The notes under the pieces were generated by a model, which did no database searches, had not been told where the DNA came from, and saw nothing but the letters and a program-made list of their open reading frames with translations. A stretch of DNA of 64,000 nt from Eledone cirrhosa (Eukaryota), in assembly GCA_964016885.1 (NCBI GenBank), contig OZ024740.1, positions 180,916,001 to 180,980,000 on the forward strand, in the 5' to 3' direction. Shown in pieces: positions 27,251 through 40,440 of the stretch (position 1 is its first letter; each line of letters opens with the position of its first letter). Position numbers and translations under genes: made by a program.

Positions 27251-27288
27251 CTAACAGAAGAACCACCCTTCGGGTGGTGTTCTGCTAG
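27251..27288. other. GC-rich hairpin ending in CTAG (Helitron 3'-terminus-like)
   Basis: ctaacagaagaACCACCC-ttc-GGGTGGTgttctgCTAG. Confidence 0.4.
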
Positions 27289-29249
27289 CATGTGTCGTGT
27301 GCATATTGGTGTTAGACGCAAGTATATATGCATGAAGATATGATACATCAAATAATTGACAATATACACTGAAATTAAAGGAAAACTGCGTTACACTCTC
27401 TTATGTAATCAGTAACGTAATCCATGATACATTAAAAATAGATGATATTATATATAAACTGCATTAGGAGAAAATAAGAGACGGAAATATATGAATCTTT
27501 ATTGAAGCGATCGCTAATCGGAAGTGTTGAATTTTGAAAATATTTAAGAAGTAATCGTTAAATAAGCAATAAAATATATTTAATCACCAGCTACGAAATT
27601 TAGTAGATAAATTATGTAATATTCATTCATTATTTATTCAAAGTAATCTAACTTATTTTACTAACCGGATAAAAAAATATATTCTGGACGCAGTCACGCA
27701 CTCCTTTTTTTATTATAGTTACGATTTTGTAATCACGCTAATGTGCATTTCGAAGGTAAATGTTATATAATCCTTAGTTACAATCTTTTCGGGCAGTTTT
27801 TCACTCGCATAAACACTAGTGACGTAAATTAGTTTGTCGTATACAAGTTGTCGGACTCATTTTCGTGTTTTACTACACTCACCTGCCACGTGGAGATAAA
27901 AAGAGAGATTGTTTCATTGTTTGCTTCATTTAAGGTGTTTCCACATTTTTGTCTATAGTTACTATTTGCCCAAATTTTTTTCTGGTATCCCCACCAATAT
28001 ACTTTAATTAATCTATGCTAATTTTGACATGGCAGTCTTCATTCATCAACTGATGCTTCTCAGATAGTAAGTGGTATCATTTGATAGCGGCAGATTATAG
28101 AATCGGAAATTAATTTCCGTATTTGGTCAGCCGTAAATTAGATTTGTTGGGCACATAAAATTCTAGGTGACTCCTATTGTCAGCAAACTCCAGGTCATTT
28201 AAACATTGTACTGGAAAACTATCAGGCTGAGCTATTAACTTTGAAATTTGCTTACGAAATCGTCATACACCCTTAGCAGGATATGGATTTGCTGAATGTA
28301 GCTTCTTCTTCAGAAAAAAAAAACATGTATCCCTGTGGATATGATAAAATTCAGATCGTATCCTATGAAGCTGTCAAGCGTATTAGAGAGTGAAGCTAAC
28401 AAAAAATATGAGCTGCATCGGTAACTTGTTATTTGTACCAGGATCCGATTTAACGAGGTTGGCGTAAATACGTTTGAAATCCAAAGAGTTGTTGAAGTTA
28501 AATATGTTTCTAAGAGGATATTAAGGATCTATCACTTACATGGTAACATCTTCACAATATTTTCTACGGGATTAGCAAAGAGAAAATCAGTTGCTTTATT
28601 ATTTTTCACATCATTTATGTATTTTTGTAACACATCCAGAGACGGAGACTCAACACTGACTGCTAAGCAATGTCATGAATCGAACCATACGATTAGGAAG
28701 CGAAGTTGTTTATCACTCATATGTGGCTGCGTACACTAAATAATATATAAATATCAATACATTCCAGTTTTTCTTTTTGCACCATTTTGCCGTTTCAGAA
28801 AACAAAAAAATCAGTGTGCAACCAGACAGTTTAGAATATATGCAGAATCTTTCCAAATGAATAAAATACCATTAAAAAATGCTTGAAAAAAAATTGCACC
28901 AGAGGACGGTGTGCAACTAATGAACTCCTAAAATATCTTCACATCAAATATTTTCTTCATAAACGATTCATTAGAATGCATCTAATATTTTCTTGTTATC
29001 AGAAAAATCTTATCTTAGCTTATAACAAAATTAATTGAAAATTCAAGCATGTTTTTCATCCTTTAGGCGATTCTATAATTTATTTCATATTATAAACTGT
29101 TGCAGGTTCAGTTAATTTTCACTTTATTCTCCGAATGTTGTTTGTTTTCAAAATTATTAAATTATTATTTTTCTCTTTCATTAAATTATAAAACTAATGA
29201 TTAACTCTCAGCGTGTGCCTGAGTATAAACTGTACATTAGAATATTCAG

Positions 29250-29692
<443 letters not shown>

Positions 29693-29870
29693 CTAAATGA
29701 GAGGGTATATATGTATATACACGTGAATAGATACAAGCATAGATACATACATGCAGGGTCTCCAGTTTATTCTGAGCTTGGTTCAATGAGATAGTTAATA
29801 AAATTAGCAGATTTAGAGCCGAATACTATCATATATGGAAAAAAGCAAACGACTTCAGATAAACATCTTA

Positions 29871-29939
<69 letters not shown>

Positions 29940-29954
29940 ATGTATGTATATATA

Positions 29955-30497
29955 TATATATATACATACTACTGTACGTCTGTATACATATATGTATGTA
30001 GGTGTACATACTTATATTTAAGTAACAGCCGTACAAAGAGTGGGAAATGAAATTTCGTTTCATTTTTTCCGTTTATCGTTTTCGGTGCACCCGGCCGATT
30101 AACCCACTCGATATGCAAATTAGGCTACTCAGCCGTTAATATGCATAAGGTAAGTATATACGTTCAACAATCTGGCAGGAAGGTATACGTTGCTGACGAT
30201 AGCTAATAAGCTTGAAACTAGTACAACGTTCCATTGTCAGTGTTGAATAAACGAGCAACGATGGTTGCTGGACACGGCTTAATACAGCATGTTTGTTTAC
30301 AAACACACCGGGCATTATAATAAATGTTCGGTGAATCCATACGTAGATATATATATATATGTGCATGTATATATATATATATATACATACTACTGTACGT
30401 CTGTATACATATATGTATGTACGTGTACATACTTATATTTAAGTAACAGCCGTACTAAGTTTGGGAAATGAAATTTCGTTTCATTTTTTCCGTTTAC
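29955..30497 (+). mobile_element. 421-nt-period non-coding unit with terminal redundancy and one hammerhead (retrozyme-like)
   Basis: catactactgtacgtc at 29965 and 30386; ~110-bp direct repeat. Confidence 0.85.
30187..30229 (+). ncRNA. Apparently intact minimal hammerhead with U.U at the base of stem II
   Basis: acgttg-CTGACGA-t-agct-aata-agct-t-GAAA-ctagt-A-caacgt; cut after 30223. Confidence 0.88.
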
Positions 30498-30518
30498 ATA
30501 TATATATATATATATATA

Positions 30519-30880
30519 TACGATATTAAACAAATGGAAACTATATTTATAAAACAATATTTATTTCGTTATATATATTTCTGGGATATCATATTAAAAA
30601 TATGGTATGCCTTCCTCAGACAAAATACAATACATAAGCTGTTTTATAAATAATTTTGACAAAATTATAAAACAGCTTATGTATTGTATTTTGTCTGAGG
30701 AAGGCATACCATATGTTTAATATGATATCCCAGAAATATATATAACGAAATAAATATGGTTTTATAAATATAGTTTCCATTTGTTTAATATCGTAAACCT
30801 ACTCCAGAAACTGTTGAGTGCTTTTATATCAGTTATAAAATATTTACTCGTTGTAACCCAACAATTTTAAATAAAACTTT

Positions 30881-30883
<3 letters not shown>
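30519..30883. repeat. Palindromic family-A-related pLTR (arms 30519-30649 and 30665-30795) plus tail to (TA)n
   Basis: rc identity; similar to 2545-2745. Confidence 0.92.
30688..30751 (+). ncRNA. Hammerhead with A.A at the base of stem II; mirror at 30563-30626 (-)
   Basis: attttgt-CTGAGGA-a-ggcatacc../..gatatccc-a-GAAA-tatatat-A-acgaaat. Confidence 0.8.
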
Positions 30884-30919
<36 letters not shown>

Positions 30920-31037
30920 TATATATATACCACGATAAATTAACGGGGTCAGAGACTCTCGCTATTCCCTGTAAATTGTGTGCTCAAAGGAAAAGGAATC
31001 GCGAGCTCTTTAAAATACACAACATATTGTGTATATA

Positions 31038-31084
<47 letters not shown>

Positions 31085-31264
31085 TGAGCAGGTAAAGATA
31101 TTTTTCTCAGGTCGTTTGCTGTTTCCATGTATGATATTATTAGGCTCTGAGTCTTACTTTTATTAACTATCTCATTGAACCAAACTCAGTAAAAACAGGA
31201 GACCATGCATGTATGTATCTATACGCGTATCGATATATATATATATATATAAATTCTCATTTAG

Positions 31265-31291
<27 letters not shown>

Positions 31292-31295
<4 letters not shown>

Positions 31296-31992
31296 ACTTT
31301 GCCCTTAAACATTTAGTGCTTGATAAATATATCAACAGTCAAAAATTGGTGAATGCCTTTATATATTCAACATCATAACCTAACTTTTCTCGCTTTCATT
31401 CTCTTTCCCTAAATATATTTCACCTCTTACATTATATCCTATCGTATTCTCTTCACTTTTAACATAACTTCCAATTTATTAATTTATTAATTTAACCAAT
31501 ACATATATGTATATATTTAATATTTTCATGTTTATACCATCTTTATATTTTAACCACCACAACTATTTTCAATAATCATATTATGTTCACTTCTCTCCAC
31601 ACACTTTTTATTTATTTTTATTTATTTTTTCTCATCTTCATAACTTATTAATTGTTTTTTATTTATTATTTTTTTCATTTTCTTTTCCCTTTTTTATTTC
31701 TTTATCTTTTTTCTTCTTTCTTTTTCTCTGTATCTTTTTCTTTTTCTTTTTTTCATTTTTCTTTCTTTACTGTTGATGTTGTAATTTGAATTTCCCTAGT
31801 ATATTACAAACGCCGTGTATAATTTTAAAACAGTTTTTCTGATGATTTGGTTAAGCATGCATTGTATTTAAAATTGAGTGACAAAACTTCAAGTGAGTAG
31901 CAAATTTCAGATGACTTAATCAATGAAACAATTTTTAATACTGTGAATAAACCCTTTTTGTACTGTTGACCATGTTATTCTTCACTCTTTCA
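31292..31992 (+). mobile_element. PLE 3' region / family E pLTR; the first 68 bp have an inverted partner at 32904-32970
   Basis: Tail homologous to 63323-63490 (rc); ends in (TA)n. Confidence 0.75.
31830..31944 (+). ncRNA. Hammerhead with long stem II and U.U base (family E), slightly decayed
   Basis: acagttttt-CTGATGA-t-ttggttaag..cttaatcaa-t-GAAA-caattttt-aatactgt. Confidence 0.75.
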
Positions 31993-32005
31993 ATATATAT
32001 ATATA

Positions 32006-32893
<888 letters not shown>

Positions 32894-33779
32894 GAGAGAG
32901 AGAAAGGCATTGACAAATGTTTGACTGTTAATATATTTATCAAGCGCTAAATGTTTACGGGCAAACTTGACCAAGTTCGGATTTGCATCCAATTCGCATA
33001 GAGCAGGAACAAATATTACATATCAGTTTACCCTTGCAACCATCATCCTACCATGTTTTTGAATATAGGCGATACTAGCATTGTTTTGTGAATATCTTTA
33101 CTTTATCACCATCCTCCTATGTTTGTATAATGAAATAGAAGAAACCGAACGTGTTTTATTCTACACACCTTCTGGAATCATGGATACCCTTAGCGCTTAG
33201 CTTTTTATTTGGGATTTAACTCGGCTATCATTCATTAATATAACTGTTGATTGTTGCATGAGAGTTTCCACGGTTTCCCAGCTACATCGAACAAAACTTG
33301 ATGTGCAAAAAAAGCAATTAAATATTATATGCTTATAGATTGTTAATACATTAGCTGTCGTGATTTGAGTGGCATATCTACTCCCGAGTCTATATACGCA
33401 TTTCCGCCAGTTAGGCAAGAATAAGTATTATCACATGATTTTACCAAATTTGTATGTACGAACCGTAATAATGGTAAACACCATGTAAGAACTATTCGAA
33501 TTGTGATGAAACCTATTACGACATTCGGGTAGGCGTGAGAGTAACTAGTGAACGGAAAGCACCAATCTGTCTAAAGGAAATGCAAAGTGTACTGAGCAGC
33601 AGAATCCTTACTTGCATAGTATAGACTGAAATGTCACAAACAACAAATAAAATTCATGAATTCTTAATGACTGGTATAAGATATTACATGAACATCACCC
33701 AATGGAGATGGTCATTTTGCCAATGCTCCCAATAGAAAGAAACACGCGCACCTTATAATTTTTACTTTATTTTCATTTT

Positions 33780-34870
33780 TGTTGTTCATTTCTTTATAAA
33801 AGTTCTTTCGATATACCATCTGTGACAACCTCTATGATTATCTGATGTATGTTTCTTAATTTCCCTTGTCTTGAACTTCTACGCCATCTTGTCTTTGTTT
33901 GTTTTTTAGTGTGTGTTTAATGTTTCGTATCTGCGCATGCGTTTGCACCTGCGTCCTTGTGTGAGAGTATTTTTTGCGTTACCCATGTCTACGCCAGTTT
34001 TATGTCTGTCTGGACTTGTATTGCTAGCATTGTTGTGTCTTTTTCCCCTGTATTTAGTCTTCAGTCATTAAGTTGCATGCTCTTGTTAGGATAATATTTT
34101 GTTATGTGTTTTGACTCGATAATTTGTGTCAGTCCTATGTGTGGATATGATCTTTATTTATGTGTTATCTACAGAGACCTATGTTCTATTTTGGTATGTT
34201 GGAATAGCACTGATGAGCTCGTCCAGATTTAATCTGTCTCCTATGCTACGGGTTGACTCTCCTATGTATGTCTTTGTCTTGGTTCTGTATCAACCCTCTG
34301 TACATCTTTTCCTTTAGATTTATTTCTAGTTTTACAGTTTATCTGTTGGATATTCATAAAGATAATACATTTTCCCCAGTACCGGCGTTTTCCTAAAGAG
34401 GTGTGTAATACTAATCCAAGATTTTGTGGTCGATCATCGTTTTTCTACTATTTGAATTCCAATGTTCATCTTTTCTAAAGTTCATCGAAAACGATACACT
34501 ACTTTGCGTCTAGCAACGAACATGGCATTCATGGTAGTTCTTTCTGCCGTACCAAGAATCGACCTTCCATGTCATTTGTTGTAGTTCTTTCTATGCCATT
34601 TCATGATTGGCTCCTCTGTAGTGGGCAAATCCATTCATATCATTCACCATAGTGGTTTTGAATTTAGCCATGGCTCCTTTGTATACCCTGATCCTGAAAA
34701 GTGCGTGCGGTGGATAAAGTGATATATGTGTCTCTGTAATTCTCTTGGAGCATTCATGCAGAACACATTTCTTGTCACCCTGAGATAGCTGATAGCATGT
34801 CGATGCGTTTGGTAGAAAGAGAATGGAGCATTTTAGCTTTATCATTCCTAGATTCAATCCAGAGTTCTAT
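33780..34870 (-). mobile_element. Decayed PLE (Penelope/Poseidon-like): RT thumb, GIY-YIG and 3' UTR
   Basis: rc near 34240-34280 translates KTYIGESTRSIGDRL. Confidence 0.62.
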
Positions 34871-35269
34871 GTAAAACACGAGTAATTTTTGGTAAGGGTG
34901 CTTAGTGTCGTGGTCTACTGTTAGGTTAAATCACAGGTGGATTGTGTTAAGTATTTACTGTATGCTCTCGATAGTGCTATCTACTAGCTCTGAGTCATGG
35001 GTACTCTCTCGTGAAGTGAGTTTAACTCAACGTCAAGATAATGAGAATCATGGTAATGGCTATGGAGTCCTCAGGTAAGCGGTGTTCGAGTCGCCTACCA
35101 AACAACACCATGAAAAAATTGACAACATCACCAGCGCTTACACCGATATGCCACATTTTCCTGCTGCGCTTTTGTTTTATTATCTCAAACACATGACTCT
35201 TTAAAGGTATAATTCGAACCACCATCTAAATAGCCAAATCACCGCCATGGTAAACAAAAAACCATGATC

Positions 35270-35425
35270 AGGTGAGAAAATTGTTCGCACTTTGGGAGGG
35301 AGTATTAAAACTACCCGAAACGGTCATATTAACTTCGAGGGTATTTGAACACGAGCAGAGAGCCGAAGCAAATACCACAGAGCATTGTATCCGACGTTCC
35401 AAAGATTCCGCAAATCCACCTCCCT
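35270..35425 (-). mobile_element. Old diverged tRNA-SINE (similar relics near 41965-42060 and 52400-52590)
   Basis: rc head ggaggtggatttgcggaatc and B-box gtgttcaaatacc. Confidence 0.55.
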
Positions 35426-35662
35426 TACATAATGAATTACATGATTATAAATACTACTGTTATTGCAAATAACTGAGTTAAATTCTCTACACTGTATAGC
35501 CGCATTGCGTAATTCTGTAAAATTATATACCTCATTAACACAAAGATACCTCTGTATTCAGAATATAAATATTTAAGTTCCAAGGATTAGAAACTTCTAA
35601 AACATTATAAACTTGCGTGTACTTCTGTCTGCATATGTGAGTCCATGTATGTACGTATGTAT

Positions 35663-35728
35663 GTTATCTCTTTCTCTTAATTTCGAGTATATTTTTTGAC
35701 CGGCCACCTTCCTGGTGGCAAGGTTGTA
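35663..35728 (-). mobile_element. R4/Dong element, ~65-bp copy consisting of the 3' UTR only
   Basis: Near identical to 35742-35808; hairpin gccacc-aggaa-ggtggc. Confidence 0.88.
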
Positions 35729-35741
35729 TGTATGTATGTAT

Positions 35742-38105
35742 GTTATCTCTTTCTCTTAATTTCGAGTATATTTTTTTGAACGGCCACCTTCCTGGTGGCA
35801 AGGTTGTAAAAGAAAAGAAATTGTCATCCCTTGAATCGCAAGAATGTTTTGCAAATTTTGAAGGTGCCAGCTATCGCAGCCATTTGTAGACTATGAATTA
35901 GGGATCTGCGCTTTTTGTCCGCAAATCGAAGTTCAGTCATACTTTGGTACAAGCGGGTTCGTATATAACCCGTAGCTCCAATAATGATGGGTATGAAGCT
36001 AAAGGTGTATCTTGGATACTGGATTTGTAAACTCCTCATCAATGGTCCGTAGATGTCCTCCTTCTCCTGTATTTTTCTGACAACGTTTACATCAAGTGGG
36101 CAGCTGATCTCCACAACAGAACACGTTTTCAATGTGTGGTCCCAAACAACAATATCAGGTCGGTTGTGCTTTAATTTGGTGGCAGTTTTTATTTTCAGGT
36201 TCCACCAGTATTCCTTAGTGCCGTCTGTCTCAATATAATCTTCCTCGTTCGTTGTTAATTTTGTTTTCCGAAGTGCGTTCCAGATGGTTCTAGCTATCCC
36301 ATCGTGTCTCATGGGGAGGTAGTAGCGAGATGACATTCTTTCGCAGCTAGCAACAATGTGGCTTACATCCTCGATCTTTGTTTTACATAGCCTACATTTA
36401 TTGTCAGCTGCTGGCCCTCCTCTTTTGTGCAGCAGATATTTGGTAGGGAGATCTTGTTCCTGTATTGCATAGAGATATCCCTCAAGGTGTGATGTCATAA
36501 ACTTGTCGGAACTCCATGCCAGGCTTTTTGAGTGGTTTATCCTCTCTATGGTCAGTGTTTTACGCCTCAAGTATCCATGCACAACTTTTTCTGTAAATTG
36601 GTCAATTTTTTTTTCTTGTTTGAACATTGAATAGGATCTTCCGATTTCTCTGGGTGAGAGATTTATATCAGGCTTTATTCCATATCTCTCCTCCAGATCA
36701 GTCGCTATTCTAATGATATTTGTTTTTCATGCTCATAAACCTGGGCAAGATGGTTGCCAACCTTTTTCCTCTGTTGAAGGTGTTGCTTCAGTGTTACTAT
36801 CCGGGTTTCATATGTTGTTAATATGGATTTTAGACCCCGGCCACCTTCCTTGCGTGAGAAGTATAACCTATCCACATCACCATTGATGTTAAAGTTCCCA
36901 GTAACACTGAGAAATTTTCGAGTTCTAACATCCATCTCACTTAGTTCTTGCAATGACCAGTTCAGCAGGCCAAATGTTGGCGTTAGAATTGGCACAGCAT
37001 AAGTATTGTAGGCAATGTATTTGTTGTATGCTGACAGTTCTGATGACCATATTTTCTTTACTCTTCTGAGGTATTCAGTTCTGGTTCTCTCCTTCTTTAT
37101 GGGTCCATCATATCTGACATTCTCATCCTGTCCAAGATATCTGTAGTTGTCACCTGACTGCAGAGGTTGTATTGTCAGGCCGTTCATCTCTAGATTTCTA
37201 GAGGAGGGCACAGCTCTTCCACGTTTTATTGCCAAATATGCACACTTGCACTCACCAAATTTCATTTTGATGTCGGTTGAAAATTGTGTAATGGGGTCTA
37301 ATTGTTTCTTGATGTCATTGATATTTGGCCCATACGATTTCAGGTCATCAACAAAGAAAACATGGGAGATACTTCTGGGCCCACTTCTTTGTCCACCCTG
37401 TTTCCTGAGTAGGTAAGATAGTGGATTCAGTGAGAGAACGAAGAGTAGCACTGACAAGCTATCACCCTAAAAGATGCCCTTCTGTTAATGTATCTTATCA
37501 GTCTTAACTTTCTCCTTCTCAACTCTAAGGATCAAATTGGTGTACCAGTTCTTGGTCAGGCGTTCAACAGCAGCTACCAATGGTTGTGGGACTTTAGCTA
37601 ACTGTACAGCCTTAATAATCCACCCATGAGGTACACTATCAAATGCTTTTTGATAGTCCAGCCACACCACAATCATGTTTCTGCGATTCTTTGTTGTTTT
37701 TTCCTGAATAATTTTGTTAGTTAGTAGGTTATCTATGTAACCCCACACCTCCCTCTTTCCACCAGCTTGCTCAGGTGTTATGATGTTGTTGGTAGCACAG
37801 TGATCTTGTAAGTACAGGTTAAGGCACCCAGTATATAATTTATACATGATGTTTTGGCAGGCTATTGGGCTGTAATTTTTAGCAAGGGTGGTTTGGCTAT
37901 TTTGGGGAATGAGGAGAGTAGTGGAAGTTGATAACCATCTGGGCAGTTCTCGTGTGCCTTTAATGGTTTCTGTAAACAGCCGTATGAGATCTTGCCGATA
38001 GAAAGTGAAATTCTTCAACCAGTATCCTGTAATGAGGTCTCGATTTCCTATTCGACATTTTCTGTAGAGCTGTTTCCAGTATTGACCCATCTATGTCATA
38101 TTGTA
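35742..38105 (-). mobile_element. R4/Dong-clade RLE non-LTR retrotransposon, 5'-truncated with disrupted ORF
   Basis: RT motifs SPIAC, QAG, DYQKAFDSVPH, (Q to stop)GD, FVDD, GGRGL; CRLC..H..C, RHD, RPDIV..EI (RLE); ends in (TATG)n. Confidence 0.95.
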
Positions 38106-38122
38106 TGTATGTATGTATGTAT

Positions 38123-38602
38123 GTTATCTCTTTCTCTTAATTTCTAGTATATTTTTGACCGGCCACCTTCCTGGTGTCAAAGTTGTAAAAGAAAAGGCAT
38201 TTCCTTCCCTTGAATCGCAAGAATGTTTTGCAAATTTTGAAGGTGCTAGCTATCGCAGCCATTTGTAGACTATGGATTAGGGAGCTGCACTCTTTGTCCG
38301 CAAATCCAGGTTCAGTTATACATTGGTCCAAGTTGGTTGGTAAATAAACCGTAGCTCCAATAATGATGTGTATGAAGCTAAAGGTGTATCTTCGATACTG
38401 GATTTGTAAACTCCTCATCAATGGTCCGTAGATGTCCTCCTCCTCTATTTCTCTGACAACGTTTACATCAAGTGGGCAGCTGATCTACACAACAGAACAC
38501 GTTTACAATGCGTGGTCCCAAACAACAATATCAGGCAGGTTGTGCTTTAATTTGGTGGCAGTTTTTATTTTCAGGTTCCACCAGTATTCCTTAGTGCCAT
38601 CT
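38123..38602 (-). mobile_element. Third R4/Dong copy (RLE C-terminus + 3' UTR), more diverged
   Basis: Aligns with 35742-36225. Confidence 0.93.
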
Positions 38603-39155
38603 TGGAATTTAAATATTTATATTCTGAATACAGAGGCATTTTTGTATTAATGAGGTAGATAACTTTACAGAATTACGCAATGCGGCTATACAGTGTAGAG
38701 AAATTAATTCAGTTATTTGCAATAACAGTAGTATTTATAATCATGCAATTCATTATGTATGTATGTATGTATCTGTGTATGTATGTATGCATGTATGTAT
38801 GTCTGTGTGTATGTATGTATGCATGTATATATATACATATACACATACATACATACATACATGAACTCACACACATATATATATATATATATTTATATAA
38901 TGATGTTTAATAAAAGTTGAAAAATAAATATCATCTGAACTAATTCTCGTAAAAAGCATTTCAAATTTGGCAAGTGGATTTTATTTATAGAGTGTTTCAA
39001 AAAATCTAACCTGTGTGTGCATCTGCAGCTGTAATCTTTCAGAAATCCACGCATTTAGATATGTCAATGTGTTTATGTGTGTGTACACATTTTTATACAT
39101 AGACACACACTTATATATATGTATACACACATACACACACACACACATATATATA

Positions 39156-39190
<35 letters not shown>

Positions 39191-40259
39191 ATGTTTGTGT
39201 TTGATTGTATATGCATATATATATATGTGTGCGTGTGTGTGTGTGTCAGTGTGCGTGTGTGAGTACGTGGCTGTTTGTCTCTATTTGATATGGATTTACC
39301 TATATGTGCGTATACATATAGGTACGTACATATACATGTATGTATATTATACCTATAGCGAGAAAGAAAGTTGTTGAAGTAATGAGAACGAAAATTGCGT
39401 AATATATTTTGCAATATATTGTTACATGTTTCCGTAAGATACGTTAGCTGTATGTACGCAGTTATGAGAGTGTGTGCGTTCCTTTTATATGTGTAGCTAT
39501 GTGGGTAACTGCGTTTGTGTCTATCGATGCATGCGTGGGCCAATAGATGATAACGTCTTTCTTAAACAACTGTTCAATATAATAAAAAGTGAGAGAAAAT
39601 TACTTGGTATTCTCACTGCTAATGAAGGCGATATAAAAATGAAGTAATAAATTAAAAAAGAAATAATATCGAAAATGCAGTGATTAAAATGTCCTTGATT
39701 TTAGAGAAGTATATTTTCCACGTAAAATAGACCTGAGGAGATCGAAACCTGAATTTTATAGTTACCTCTATTTCATTATTTTTCTTTCGATTTTTAATTG
39801 TTTTGTTTTTAATGTTGACAGCTAGGTAAACCTTTAGATTTTCGATAATTTGCAAAATCTTTAGGATTTTCTTCTGTAATTAAAATAAAAAATTCCTGTG
39901 TGTTGAAGGAGTTAATTTTACTTATACTAGCTCATAAAATGTTGTTTCTTTTTTTTATATAAAATATAACATATTTAAGGAGAAACTTGTTTCACATGAA
40001 TATTGCAAATGTTCAATTTGATCAAACACATGCCGACCGTCTCTTACATATTTTTTTCTGACATAACAGCGTAGCCCCATGACAGACTCAATCAGGAAGG
40101 CTTAAGACCTAAATTGCAATCATATTTCATCTAGGATTTTATTGTTCATCGTGTCAAAATGAGAGTGAGTTGTAGTTTCGCAACAGTTTGCTATTTCTGT
40201 TTCTGGTTGTAATGCGATTTTGATGAATCCCTGCCTAAACACTCTTTTGTTTGTTCATA

Positions 40260-40440
40260 TAATTGTTCCTACTTTTGGCACAAGGCCAGCAATTACCCAG
40301 TGATTTACTTGTACTTTATTTTATCGGCACCTTAAGGATGAAAGGCAAAGTTAACCTCGGCGGGATTTGAACTCAGAATGGCAAGAGTCGCAACTCTATA
40401 CGTCAAAGCATGGCGTCCGACCCTTGACCGATACTGCCAA
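40260..40440 (-). mobile_element. tRNA-derived SINE
   Basis: rc of family consensus. Confidence 0.9.

Larger units (their letters stand above)
35427..38757. repeat. ~157-bp inverted repeat (35427-35585 vs 38601-38757) bracketing the R4 cluster
   Basis: ctctacactgtatagccgcattgcgtaattctgtaaa and its rc. Confidence 0.92.

Noticed and set aside
34210-34260. CTGATGAG as a hammerhead
   Set aside because: No stem II-GAAA follows; it lies antisense within GIY-YIG coding sequence
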